Below, piece after piece: positions 19,915-29,400 of a stretch of DNA of 49,524 nt (positions are counted from its first letter, which is position 1; the number at the start of each line of letters is the position of its first letter). Source of the DNA: Promethearchaeota archaeon (lineage in GTDB: Archaea > Asgardarchaeota > Lokiarchaeia > Sigyniarchaeales > SOKP01); contig JAHPZI010000020.1 of the NCBI GenBank assembly GCA_019058295.1, forward strand, positions 42,632 through 92,155, given 5' to 3'. Position numbers and translations under genes: made by a program. The notes below the pieces were generated by a model that worked only from the letters and a program-made list of their open reading frames with translations, was not told the origin of the DNA and searched no databases.

Positions 19915-20191
19915 ATATAGAAATATAAACTAAAATTATATAAAATCTTCCCAATTTTGAATCATTAGTATCTATTTTTCATACATTTTTGTAAATTTCA
20001 GCAGAATTGCTCGTTTTGTTTCAAATTTTATTGCCCTTCTTATTTATTTAGTTTCTGGACATTGTTTCAATATGATATCCAATTTTAGAATAAAAATATA
20101 ATAATTAAACTCTTTAAACATGTTTAATAGATGAACATAAAATTCCTATCTAAAAATTATCTATAAAATTAAAGAAATGTGATGTTAGGAA

Positions 20192-21223
20192 ATGTCAGAT
20201 GATGGGGAAAGAGCATCGGGTGTTATTAATACATGGCAAGAAAAAAAAGTCCCATTACATTTTGAACAAGAAAAACTCGTTAAATGGTTCACTGAAGAAA
20301 GAGGGGCTGTATTTTATCTTATGTTTGGAATTACATACAACTGCCAACTCAAATGTCCGCACTGTTGTGTTGGCAATTACGAGAATGAACCTCTTAGACA
20401 ACTTACAACGGAAGAGGTTAAGGATGTATTAGATCAAGCTAATAAAGCTTTTATAATCAACTTCTTTGGTGGTGAACCAACTATGAGACCAGATTTAATG
20501 GAATTAATAAAGTATGCTTCAGAGAGATCGATATATGTGTTATGTGATACAAATGGATTAAAAATCACTAAAGATTATGCAAGGCAATTGAAGGATAATG
20601 GCTTAGAGATTTTGTATGTTAGTATTGATAGTCCTCATCCCGAAGAACACGATAGATTACGCGGAATGAAGGGATTGTTTGAGAAAGCGACTCAAGGAAT
20701 AAAAAATGCACTTGAAGTAGGATTAAAATGTGAACTATCTACATATATAACGAAGGAAAATCTTGCAAACGGTGACTTTGAAAGAGTAATTCAGTTGGCA
20801 AGAGATCTGGGAGCAACCGGTGTTAGATATTTGTTACCCACACCAGCCGGTAGATGGTTATATCATCCTGAAGTAGTGTTAAGCAAAGAAGAAGAAAAGA
20901 AAGTTAGGAAAATCGCAAAATTCCCTTACGTTTGTAGAGATTTCTACTTTCAAAATCAGAGCTCAAGTCAATGCAGAGGGCTGTCAGATAATGTCTATTT
21001 TTATATTTCTCCTTATGGAGAAGTTCAGCCTTGCTGTTTTATACCACTTAAATTCGGAAATATCAGGGAAGAACCTCTGAACACGATTTTGGAAAGAATG
21101 TGGGGCCATTCAATGTTCAACGAATGTTGGGTGAAAGAAGAATGCCCGATGATAAGCAAGGAGTTCCGAGCGAAATACATAGATACGATTCCAAAAGGGT
21201 GTAAACTACCATTTAGAATGTAA
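20192..21223 (+). CDS. Radical SAM enzyme with SPASM/twitch domain
   Basis: CQLKCPHC, GGEP, DTNG, VSID, C-terminal CRG...YISPYGEVQPC...FGNI...C...CP. Confidence 0.88.
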   Translation: MSDDGERASGVINTWQEKKVPLHFEQEKLVKWFTEERGAVFYLMFGITYNCQLKCPHCCVGNYENEPLRQLTTEEVKDVLDQANKAFIINFFGGEPTMRPDLMELIKYASERSIYVLCDTNGLKITKDYARQLKDNGLEILYVSIDSPHPEEHDRLRGMKGLFEKATQGIKNALEVGLKCELSTYITKENLANGDFERVIQLARDLGATGVRYLLPTPAGRWLYHPEVVLSKEEEKKVRKIAKFPYVCRDFYFQNQSSSQCRGLSDNVYFYISPYGEVQPCCFIPLKFGNIREEPLNTILERMWGHSMFNECWVKEECPMISKEFRAKYIDTIPKGCKLPFRM

Positions 21224-21287
21224 TATTAACCTATTAAATAAAATAATTAAAAAAATAAATAAGTAAAAATATTAACCTATTAAGGTT
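21222..21287. repeat. 16-bp direct repeat AATATTAACCTATTAA (21222-21237, 21268-21283); second copy extends into inverted repeat AACCT-ATTA-AGGTT
   Basis: Read directly from the intergenic sequence. Confidence 0.7.
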
Positions 21288-21295
21288 GAAAATAA

Positions 21296-22723
21296 ATGAT
21301 TGATAGTAAAATAATTGTTGAATTAGAAAATGTGGTCGGAAAAAAGTATGTTTCTGATCAACCCGAAATTCAATTTTTATATCATTACGATTTTGTTACA
21401 GCAGAACCTGAAGGAATTTGCGACATTTCAATTATGCCAAATTCAGCAGAAGAAGTACAAGAAATTGTAAAGCTTGCTAACAAACATAAAATTCCAGTAG
21501 TCCCTTGGGTTTCGGGAATAAATTTCGGATCGATTGCAACTCCGCGAAAAGGTGGAATTGTAGTTGATTTAAGGCGATTAAATCGCGTGCTTGAAGTGAA
21601 CGAAGATGATATGTATGCCGTAATCGAGGGAGGTACAACTTGGGCAGATTTACAAGGTTATCTCGAAAAAAATCATCCTGGTTTGAGAGCGGGAATAACA
21701 TGGTCGCCTCCAGGGACAGGTATAGTTCCATCATGCTTATGCTACGGGATGTTTGATTTGGGGATGCTCGGAGGATCGGGTGCTGAATTTATAAACGGTT
21801 TAGAAGTGGTACTAGGATCTGGAGATTTAGTAAAGGTTGGTTCTTGCAGCCTCTCTAATTACTGGTATGGAAGGCAACCATTACCAGATTTAGCAGGATT
21901 GTTTATTGGTTGGGAAGGTTCTACCGGGATTGTAACTAAAGCCGCTATAAAATTATGGCCAAAAATGCCGTTCCGAGAAGATTTTGCCGCTCTCGGTCTT
22001 ACAATAGATAAAGGTGTTCCTGTAATGCTTAAACTCTCGAAGGCTGGCCTCGGAATATGTGATCTAGTCATCGTTAATTTCGGTTGGGGTTCGTCAGTTC
22101 AAGAATTAAATGAGAAGAATATAGCTAAAGATGCTAAAGAAGCTAATATGCCTGATTTTGTTGGTCTTATAACAACCCAAGCTTACACAGAAAAGCAGCA
22201 TGAGGCTCAATGCGAAGCGATTAAAGAGATTTGCAAAGAAGGTAATCTAAGAGTGCTTTCTGCTCAAGAAGGAGCAGAGGTAATAACACCACCTCCAATG
22301 CAACTTTGGGGTTGTTGGAATTTCTCTAGAGGAGGTGGTGGACAATGGGTTGGAACTTATTGTTCCACTCGAGATATAGTAAAATTTTATAATTTAGCGA
22401 GAGAAATATGTCTTAAACATGAAAAAATCCCACAGTTCTATAGCCGAATTTTATTTGGTGGTCATTATGTCGTTGCTCGTACGAATATTAACTTTAATAA
22501 AAATAATCCTGAGGAAATTAAAACTACTCGTGCACTTTTAAAAGAAATTCATGAAGAAGTTCAACAATTAGGCGGAGTAGTGATGTATAAACCTCCAAAA
22601 TGGGCAGTCCAGACTTATAAGAACAGAACTCTTCCTGCAACAACTGAACTTATCGAAAAAATCAAGAAACTTCTTGATCCTAACAATATAATGAATCCTG
22701 GGCAAGGTATTGGAGACGATTAA
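21296..22723 (+). CDS. FAD-binding oxidoreductase (VAO/PCMH fold), paralog 2
   Basis: Same motifs as 14436-15929; highly similar N-terminal FAD domain. Confidence 0.9.
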   Translation: MIDSKIIVELENVVGKKYVSDQPEIQFLYHYDFVTAEPEGICDISIMPNSAEEVQEIVKLANKHKIPVVPWVSGINFGSIATPRKGGIVVDLRRLNRVLEVNEDDMYAVIEGGTTWADLQGYLEKNHPGLRAGITWSPPGTGIVPSCLCYGMFDLGMLGGSGAEFINGLEVVLGSGDLVKVGSCSLSNYWYGRQPLPDLAGLFIGWEGSTGIVTKAAIKLWPKMPFREDFAALGLTIDKGVPVMLKLSKAGLGICDLVIVNFGWGSSVQELNEKNIAKDAKEANMPDFVGLITTQAYTEKQHEAQCEAIKEICKEGNLRVLSAQEGAEVITPPPMQLWGCWNFSRGGGGQWVGTYCSTRDIVKFYNLAREICLKHEKIPQFYSRILFGGHYVVARTNINFNKNNPEEIKTTRALLKEIHEEVQQLGGVVMYKPPKWAVQTYKNRTLPATTELIEKIKKLLDPNNIMNPGQGIGDD

Positions 22724-23969
22724 TATGGCAAAAAAGAAAAGAGTTAGTTATATCAGAGGAAAGGGAGTATCCAAATTAAGATTGGCATATGAAAATCATG
22801 AGGTTGAGAGGCACCAAAATATAGAACATTATAAGGATATTGTATACCAGTGTGGGAAATGTGGCACTTGTAGAACTGTTTATAAAGACGCTTATTGGTC
22901 GCGCATTTGTCCATCCGGAGAATTCGGACAGTTTGAAGCCTATTTTCTAGGGGGAAAAAATCTCCTCTCATGGGCAGTAACATCTGATAAACTTAAATGG
23001 TCAGAAGATTTGGCCAAGATTTTTTATCATTGTTCTGTTTGCTTGGCATGTACTCAACAATGTCAGATACCCGAAATACACCATTACGCCGGTGAATGGT
23101 TAATGGCAATGAGAGAAGAAGCTGTCAGATTAGGGTTTGGTCCTATGCCTGAACAAGCTCGATATACTGAACATATTAATAAAGAACACAATCCCTACAT
23201 GGAAAAACACGAAGATCGAACGAATTGGTTGCCATCCCATATTAAACAATCACCAGACGCAAAAATAGCATATTTTGTTGGGTGTACCACGAGTTATAGG
23301 GAACAAAATGTAGCGATCGCCACTGCGGAAATATTGAATTCCTTACAGATAGAATTTAAAATTCTTAAAGACGAACGCTGTTGTGGGTCTCCCGTATATA
23401 TGACTGGGCAAGCAGAAAAAGCAAAAAAAATAGCCGAAGAAAATGTAAAAATGTTTAAAGATGAAGGGATCGAGAAAATTATTACATCTTGCGCTGGGTG
23501 TTATAGGACATTAAAAGAAACTTACCCAAAAAAATTTGGCTTAGATCACGGAATTGAAGTAATTCATATGCCTAAGTTTTTATTAGATATGGTAAATAGT
23601 GGCGAATTGAAATTTAACAAGGAAATCAACATGAAAATAACATATCACGACCCGTGCCATATTGGAAGACATATGGGGATATATGAACCACCAAGGAAAG
23701 TTTTAAATAAAATACCCGGGATTGAACTAGTGGAAATGGATCGAAATAGACATAATGCATGGTGTTGTGGTTCAGGTGGTGGCGTTCGATCAGCTTTTAA
23801 GGACCTATCTACTTTTGCTGCGGATGAGCGAATCGAGGAAGCAAAGGGAACTTCAGCTGAGGCTATTGTATCGTGTTGTCCTTTCTGTTTAAACCAATTC
23901 AAAACACATATTAAAGATAACGAAATAAAAGCTTTTGATATTGCTGAACTTGCAAGAAAAGCGATTTAA
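22710..23969 (+). CDS. HdrD/GlcF-like (Fe-S)-binding protein, paralog 2; probable start ATG 22725
   Basis: Two ferredoxin-type motifs and two CCG domains. Confidence 0.9.
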   Translation: METINMAKKKRVSYIRGKGVSKLRLAYENHEVERHQNIEHYKDIVYQCGKCGTCRTVYKDAYWSRICPSGEFGQFEAYFLGGKNLLSWAVTSDKLKWSEDLAKIFYHCSVCLACTQQCQIPEIHHYAGEWLMAMREEAVRLGFGPMPEQARYTEHINKEHNPYMEKHEDRTNWLPSHIKQSPDAKIAYFVGCTTSYREQNVAIATAEILNSLQIEFKILKDERCCGSPVYMTGQAEKAKKIAEENVKMFKDEGIEKIITSCAGCYRTLKETYPKKFGLDHGIEVIHMPKFLLDMVNSGELKFNKEINMKITYHDPCHIGRHMGIYEPPRKVLNKIPGIELVEMDRNRHNAWCCGSGGGVRSAFKDLSTFAADERIEEAKGTSAEAIVSCCPFCLNQFKTHIKDNEIKAFDIAELARKAI

Positions 23970-24091
23970 CTATTGAATTCCGAATTTTTTATTCTTTTTT
24001 TTTCTTATTTTAAATGCTTTTTCGAATAATTAATAATAAATCCTTTTAAATATTATTGAGACTAAGCTCTTTACCGTCAAATACGTAAAAA

Positions 24092-25192
24092 ATGGAAAAA
24101 AATATAAAAGTTTTTGGAGCGGCATTAGACGCAACTGATTTTCCGCTTAGCATTCAGACCAAACATGCTTATTTAAGTCGCTTAGCTCAAAATCTAATTA
24201 CAGAACCAAATTTTTTGGATCCATACGATGGATTCCTCTTATATTCTTCTCTCTTATCAAAAGAAAAGTATCTTAAAATTGGTAAACTTCCAGTGGAATC
24301 GTGGGTAACTCCTAAACCAAACATTGAAGATTATCCATTTATGAATCAATTAGAGTTTCAGAAATTCACTAGTAATGGAAAAGTAAAGGAAAAATCAGAT
24401 TTGTTAGAGAAATTTATTAATCAAGAAGTATTTCCTGATATTCCTTTAATGATTGGTGTTGATCATTCTTTGACAGGAGGAGTATTAAGCGCATTATCAA
24501 ATAAATTTGGATCTGAGAACATCCTTGTTGTGGTTTTTGACGCACATTTCGACGGAATCCCGGCAAGTATATCTGCTAATCTCGCAAAATATACGATAGA
24601 ACATCCAGATCAGGTTAATCCACTAGTTCCTGAACTTGCATCATTAGCCAATGAAGACCTTAATAATATAAAGGATTCTTATACATGTGGCTCATTTTTA
24701 TATTATTTGATGGAGGAAAAGATCCTTTTACCTGAAAATCTGATAATTTTTGGCTGTCAAGATTATCCAGACGACGATTTTCGATCAAATAACGATCCAA
24801 GGATCTTGGAATACGTTGATTTCTATGATTCCATTGAAAAAAAGGGAGTTAAATTTATTTCCAAAAACGATGGGACTCATATGGTTGAAAATTTGAGTTC
24901 TGCTTTAGAAATAATTGATACACCTTATATCTATATTTCATTTGATGTAGATGTGGGTGGATTAAAAGAAATTATTGCCGCTCGATTTAAAAACGCAATT
25001 GGAATAGAGAAATCCGTAATTTTAAATGCAGGTAAAGAAATTAAAAAATTTATGGATTTAAAAAGATGTGAATTAATTGGTCTTGATGTAATGGAAATAG
25101 AGACGCATCTGCTTAGCAGAGTCTTTCCAAAGTCAGGAAGAGTAGATCAGACTGTCGAAGTTATTGATGAATTTTTAGAATTTTTCATTTAG
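24092..25192 (+). CDS. Arginase/agmatinase (ureohydrolase) family protein
   Basis: GVDHS, FDAHFD, YISFDVD, GLDVME metal-binding motifs. Confidence 0.8.
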   Translation: MEKNIKVFGAALDATDFPLSIQTKHAYLSRLAQNLITEPNFLDPYDGFLLYSSLLSKEKYLKIGKLPVESWVTPKPNIEDYPFMNQLEFQKFTSNGKVKEKSDLLEKFINQEVFPDIPLMIGVDHSLTGGVLSALSNKFGSENILVVVFDAHFDGIPASISANLAKYTIEHPDQVNPLVPELASLANEDLNNIKDSYTCGSFLYYLMEEKILLPENLIIFGCQDYPDDDFRSNNDPRILEYVDFYDSIEKKGVKFISKNDGTHMVENLSSALEIIDTPYIYISFDVDVGGLKEIIAARFKNAIGIEKSVILNAGKEIKKFMDLKRCELIGLDVMEIETHLLSRVFPKSGRVDQTVEVIDEFLEFFI

Positions 25193-25350
25193 ATTCTAAT
25201 TAAAAGTTAGACTTATTTTCCAAAAAAATACTTTCTCAATAACTTTAAAATTAATGGATAAAGTATTTAAATTGGTTTTATTAATTGTAAACTCATGAAT
25301 ATTTTTATATAGACTATTGACTTATACTTTTAATTAAGGGTGCTTTTAAA

Positions 25351-26766
25351 TTGAATAATAATGAAATTGTATCTGAATTGGAAAATATTGTTGGAGAACA
25401 GTTTGTATCGGACAAACCTGAAGAAACCTTTTTATACCATTATGATTTTATTACGGCAGAGCCCGAAGGCAAATGTGATATTGTAATAATGCCAAAAACA
25501 GCAGAAGAGGTACAAGAGATTGTTAAGATAGCTAATAAATTCAAAATTCCATTAGTCCCTTGGGTTTCTGGAATAAATTTCGGTTCTACAGCAACGCCCC
25601 TAAAAGGAGGAATTGTTGTGGATTTAAGGCGATTAAATCGCGTGCTTGAAGTAAATGAAGACGATATGTATGCATTAATAGAAGGAGGGACAACTTGGGC
25701 GGGCTTACAGGCATATCTCGGAAAGAACCATCCAAATCTCATGGCAGGTGTCACTTTTTCCCCTCCAGGAACTGGAGTTGTAGCGTCTTGTTTATGTTAT
25801 GGAATGTTCAACTTAGGGATGCTTGGTGGCACGGGGGCTGAATTCATTAATGGATTAGAAGTAGTATTAGGTTCGGGCGATTTAGTAAGGGTGGGGTCGT
25901 GTAGTTTATCTGATTATTGGTATGGTAGACAACCATTACCCGATTTAGCAGGATTATTTATTGGTTGGGAAGGTTCTACTGGAATCGTAACTAAAGCCGC
26001 CATAAAACTATGGCCGAAATTACCTTTCCGAAAAGATTTTGTACTAATGGGAAACACATTCGATATGGGCATTCCAGTATTATTAAAGCTCTCAAAAGCA
26101 GGATTAGGAATATGTGACATATTTGTTTTCAGTTATAATTGGATTCAAGCTGCTATTGGTGCTTACGAAAAAAAAGTTCCACTTAATCCATTAAAAGATA
26201 ATTTACCAGTTTTTATCTCAGGTGTCACCACGCAGGCTTATACCGAAAAACAACACGAAGCTCAATGTGAAGCTATTGAGACGATATCTAAAGAAGGAGG
26301 TCTTACGGAAGCACCACAGGGGATATCGCTTGACATACTGCCTTATCAGGCCTGGGGTGCTTGGAATTTCTCTAGAGGTGGAGGAGGTGAATGGATTGGG
26401 AGCTACTGTTCAACACGAGAGATTATAAAATATTACAAATTAGCCAGAGAAACTGCTCTCAAACATGGACACACTTCTCAGTTTTATAGCAGACTTTTAT
26501 TTGGAGGCCACTATTGCGTTTCCCGATTTAATATAAATTTTAACAAAAATGATCCTGAAGAAATAGAATCAGCTCGAATAATTCTAAAAGAAATTCATGA
26601 AGAAGTCTCTTCTTTAGATGGTGTTGTAATGTATAAGGCTCCAAAATGGGCTCATGAAGTATATGAAGAGAAGATTTATCCAGCTACTTATGAATTAATG
26701 AAAAAAATCAAGAACCTCTTAGATCCTAATAAAGTAATGAATCCAGGACATGGTTGGGGTGATTAA
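25351..26766 (+). CDS. FAD-binding oxidoreductase (VAO/PCMH fold), paralog 3
   Basis: Same motifs as paralogs 1 and 2; TTG start. Confidence 0.9.
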   Translation: MNNNEIVSELENIVGEQFVSDKPEETFLYHYDFITAEPEGKCDIVIMPKTAEEVQEIVKIANKFKIPLVPWVSGINFGSTATPLKGGIVVDLRRLNRVLEVNEDDMYALIEGGTTWAGLQAYLGKNHPNLMAGVTFSPPGTGVVASCLCYGMFNLGMLGGTGAEFINGLEVVLGSGDLVRVGSCSLSDYWYGRQPLPDLAGLFIGWEGSTGIVTKAAIKLWPKLPFRKDFVLMGNTFDMGIPVLLKLSKAGLGICDIFVFSYNWIQAAIGAYEKKVPLNPLKDNLPVFISGVTTQAYTEKQHEAQCEAIETISKEGGLTEAPQGISLDILPYQAWGAWNFSRGGGGEWIGSYCSTREIIKYYKLARETALKHGHTSQFYSRLLFGGHYCVSRFNINFNKNDPEEIESARIILKEIHEEVSSLDGVVMYKAPKWAHEVYEEKIYPATYELMKKIKNLLDPNKVMNPGHGWGD

Positions 26767-28006
26767 AATTTTTCAACGACTTAGATATATGAAACGAATG
26801 GGACTCACACATGTTGACACTAGACATGAGATTCATAAGATTGAGAGACATCAGGATTTAGAACATTATAAGGATATTATTTACCAATGTGGGAAATGTG
26901 GTACTTGTAGAACTGTGTATCAAGATGCTGACTGGGCAGCAGTTTGTCCTTCTGGAGAATTTAGAAAGTTTGAGTCATATTATCTTGGAGGCAAGAATTT
27001 ATTAACATGGGGACTTACATCAGGTAAGCTCAAGTGGACTGAACATTTAGCTAGTATATTTTATAGTTGTACTGTTTGTATGGCTTGTCTACAGCAATGC
27101 CAAATACCAGAAATTCATACTTACGCTGTAGAATGGTTAATGGCAATGAGAGAAGAAGCTGTTAAACAAGGTTATGGTCCAATGCCTGAACAAAAACTTT
27201 ATACCGAACATACAATGGTTGAAAACAATCCCTATATGGAAAAACATGGAGATCGATTGAACTGGTTGCCATCTCATATTAAACAAACACCCGATGCTAA
27301 AACTGCATATTATGTCGGGTGTACATCAAGTTATAGAGAACAAAATGTCGCTGTTGCCACTGCTGAAATACTCAATTCCTTACAAGTTGATTTCAGAATA
27401 CATCCCAATGAAAGCTGTTGTGGATCTCCCGTGTACATGACTGGGCAGACAGAAAAAGCAAAAAAAATAGCCGAAGAAAATGTAAAAATGTTTAAAGATG
27501 CAGGGATCGAGAAGATTATAACATCATGTGCAGGATGTTATAGAACCTGGAAAGACACTTATCCAAATAAATTTGGTCTTAATCACGGAATTGAAGTAAA
27601 ACACCTCCCCGAGTTTCTATTAGATAAATTAAAGAATGGAGAGTTAAATTTTTCCAAAGAATTTAACATGAAAATTACATATCATGATCCCTGCCATATC
27701 GGCCGCCATATGGGTATATATAAACCACCTAGACAAGTATTGGAAAAAATTCCCGGTCTTGAACTCTTAGAAATGAAACGAAATAGACATAATGCGTGGT
27801 GCTGTGGCTCTGGAGGTGGAGTAAGATCAGCATTTAAAGATTTATCCGCTTTTGCCGCAAATGAACGGATAGAAGAAGCAAAAGAAACTACAGCTGAAGC
27901 AATAGTTTCTTGCTGTCCTTTCTGCTTAAACCAATTTAAAGCCAATATCAAAAATAACGAGATTCAAGCTCTCGATCTTTCAGAGATAGTTAAGCAAATA
28001 ATCTAA
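26750..28006 (+). CDS. HdrD/GlcF-like (Fe-S)-binding protein, paralog 3
   Basis: Two ferredoxin-type motifs and two CCG domains. Confidence 0.9.
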   Translation: MVGVIKIFQRLRYMKRMGLTHVDTRHEIHKIERHQDLEHYKDIIYQCGKCGTCRTVYQDADWAAVCPSGEFRKFESYYLGGKNLLTWGLTSGKLKWTEHLASIFYSCTVCMACLQQCQIPEIHTYAVEWLMAMREEAVKQGYGPMPEQKLYTEHTMVENNPYMEKHGDRLNWLPSHIKQTPDAKTAYYVGCTSSYREQNVAVATAEILNSLQVDFRIHPNESCCGSPVYMTGQTEKAKKIAEENVKMFKDAGIEKIITSCAGCYRTWKDTYPNKFGLNHGIEVKHLPEFLLDKLKNGELNFSKEFNMKITYHDPCHIGRHMGIYKPPRQVLEKIPGLELLEMKRNRHNAWCCGSGGGVRSAFKDLSAFAANERIEEAKETTAEAIVSCCPFCLNQFKANIKNNEIQALDLSEIVKQII

Positions 28007-28064
28007 TATTCAAAACTTTTTTTTTCTTAATTTTTGAAAAGAATAATATAAAAAAATCAGATCT

Positions 28065-29390
28065 TTATAGCACAACTTGAGTTAGAAACTCCGAAATTTT
28101 CGCTTTTATTGTTTCCGATGTGACTTCTCTTGAATCATATGGATCAACACCAAAAATCAGAGTAGGAATTCCTAATTGCTCTCGAACTGCTTCAGCAGCA
28201 ATACGGGTAATGGCATAAGCATGTTTACAAGCAAATTGCATTGGTATTATCATAGCATCAATCTTATAATCCTTAACATAGTTTAAGCAGAAATCTATAT
28301 AGAATTCAGCGTTTCCCCGACAAGTCCCCACCATAGAAAAATCTAAAACTCCCTTGGCTACACTTTCATAGCATTTTTCAATTGTTGATACATCATGAGG
28401 TAAAACTGGATAATATCCTAATATGTCTAAAATAACAACTGCTTGAAAGGTCTCTTCTATCCATGGTAAGAGGTCTACGTCAAAAAAAATATGCGTATAT
28501 GGCCAAGCTATTCGGACTTTCTCATCAGGTACTCCTGCTATCCCACTTTTAATATTTTCTGCAGCTTCATCTCGAATATATTTAGTAGCTTTAACTGCTT
28601 CAATAGTTCCACTGTGAGTCGCCATAGCAGTAAAATTCATAAAACCAGCTAAACTTGGCATGGGGCAAGGCACATTTTTTAGAAGTTCATTAAATTCCAG
28701 AACATTTTGTCGTGCCTCATTTACCAATTTCATAGTCTGCTGGAATTTCTCCAAATCAAGCTTTTGATTTGTTTCTTTTTCTAACCAGAAAATTAGGTCT
28801 TTTGTTTGTTTAACCATATAATCTATTATTTTCTCGTCATAAAACTCATTTAATTGGTCATACGCCCAATATGGGACATCCATGGTAAAATATGGAACAT
28901 CTGTTAATTGCTGAAAAACTTGATAACTCATCGTTATAGCGTTGCAAGGTGTTGGAGTAAAAAACATAAGGTCTGGAATAGGTGCAACCCCCTGCTTATA
29001 AGCGCCAACTATAGGTCTTTGAGCATTACATAATGTTGGAGTGTCACCATAACCCATTTTATTTGTAATGTCGATATATGGTTCATTAAGCTTGAGAGGT
29101 GCCAATCCAACACTAAAAGTTTCTTGCATAAGGGGAGTTAAGTTCATAGCAATAAATAGCGCAGGTTCAAAGTTAAAAGGATACATAATAATGGGTTTTC
29201 CTTCTTTTCGAGCATTTACTACTCTCAGAAACATGTTAGCGAACATCTCTACAAATGGATTAAATTCTTCTTCTTTAGCTAGATTAATAAAACCAAGATA
29301 CATTGTTTTCCAAAGAGATAAATCTTTTCCCCAGCTTCCTCTTCCTAGTTTTTTATATTTCCTATAAGTCTCGTCGTCCAATCTTTTCAC
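28065..29390 (-). CDS. 2-hydroxyacyl-CoA dehydratase/benzoyl-CoA reductase family subunit, alpha-type (HgdA/FldB/BcrB-like); probable start TTG 29381
   Basis: LCN, TPCN, MDVP, LEKETNQK, EKVRIAW, YKIDA...ACK, GIPTL..GVD..DSR. Confidence 0.8.
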   Translation of the reverse strand: MKRLDDETYRKYKKLGRGSWGKDLSLWKTMYLGFINLAKEEEFNPFVEMFANMFLRVVNARKEGKPIIMYPFNFEPALFIAMNLTPLMQETFSVGLAPLKLNEPYIDITNKMGYGDTPTLCNAQRPIVGAYKQGVAPIPDLMFFTPTPCNAITMSYQVFQQLTDVPYFTMDVPYWAYDQLNEFYDEKIIDYMVKQTKDLIFWLEKETNQKLDLEKFQQTMKLVNEARQNVLEFNELLKNVPCPMPSLAGFMNFTAMATHSGTIEAVKATKYIRDEAAENIKSGIAGVPDEKVRIAWPYTHIFFDVDLLPWIEETFQAVVILDILGYYPVLPHDVSTIEKCYESVAKGVLDFSMVGTCRGNAEFYIDFCLNYVKDYKIDAMIIPMQFACKHAYAITRIAAEAVREQLGIPTLIFGVDPYDSREVTSETIKAKISEFLTQVVL

Positions 29391-29400
29391 CTCGCTTTAA

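Noticed and set aside
19915-20191. RiPP precursor peptide for the radical SAM/SPASM enzyme
   Set aside because: Only very short (~8 codon) start-containing frames without SD were noticed; nothing precursor-like.
14543-27951. Similar short antisense ORFs recurring in each flavoprotein/HdrD cassette
   Set aside because: They recur only because the sense genes are paralogs; lengths and starts are inconsistent.
8771-28006. Methanogen-type heterodisulfide reductase / methanogenesis
   Set aside because: CCG proteins pair with flavoproteins or each other; no hdrA, hdrE or mcr genes in the window.
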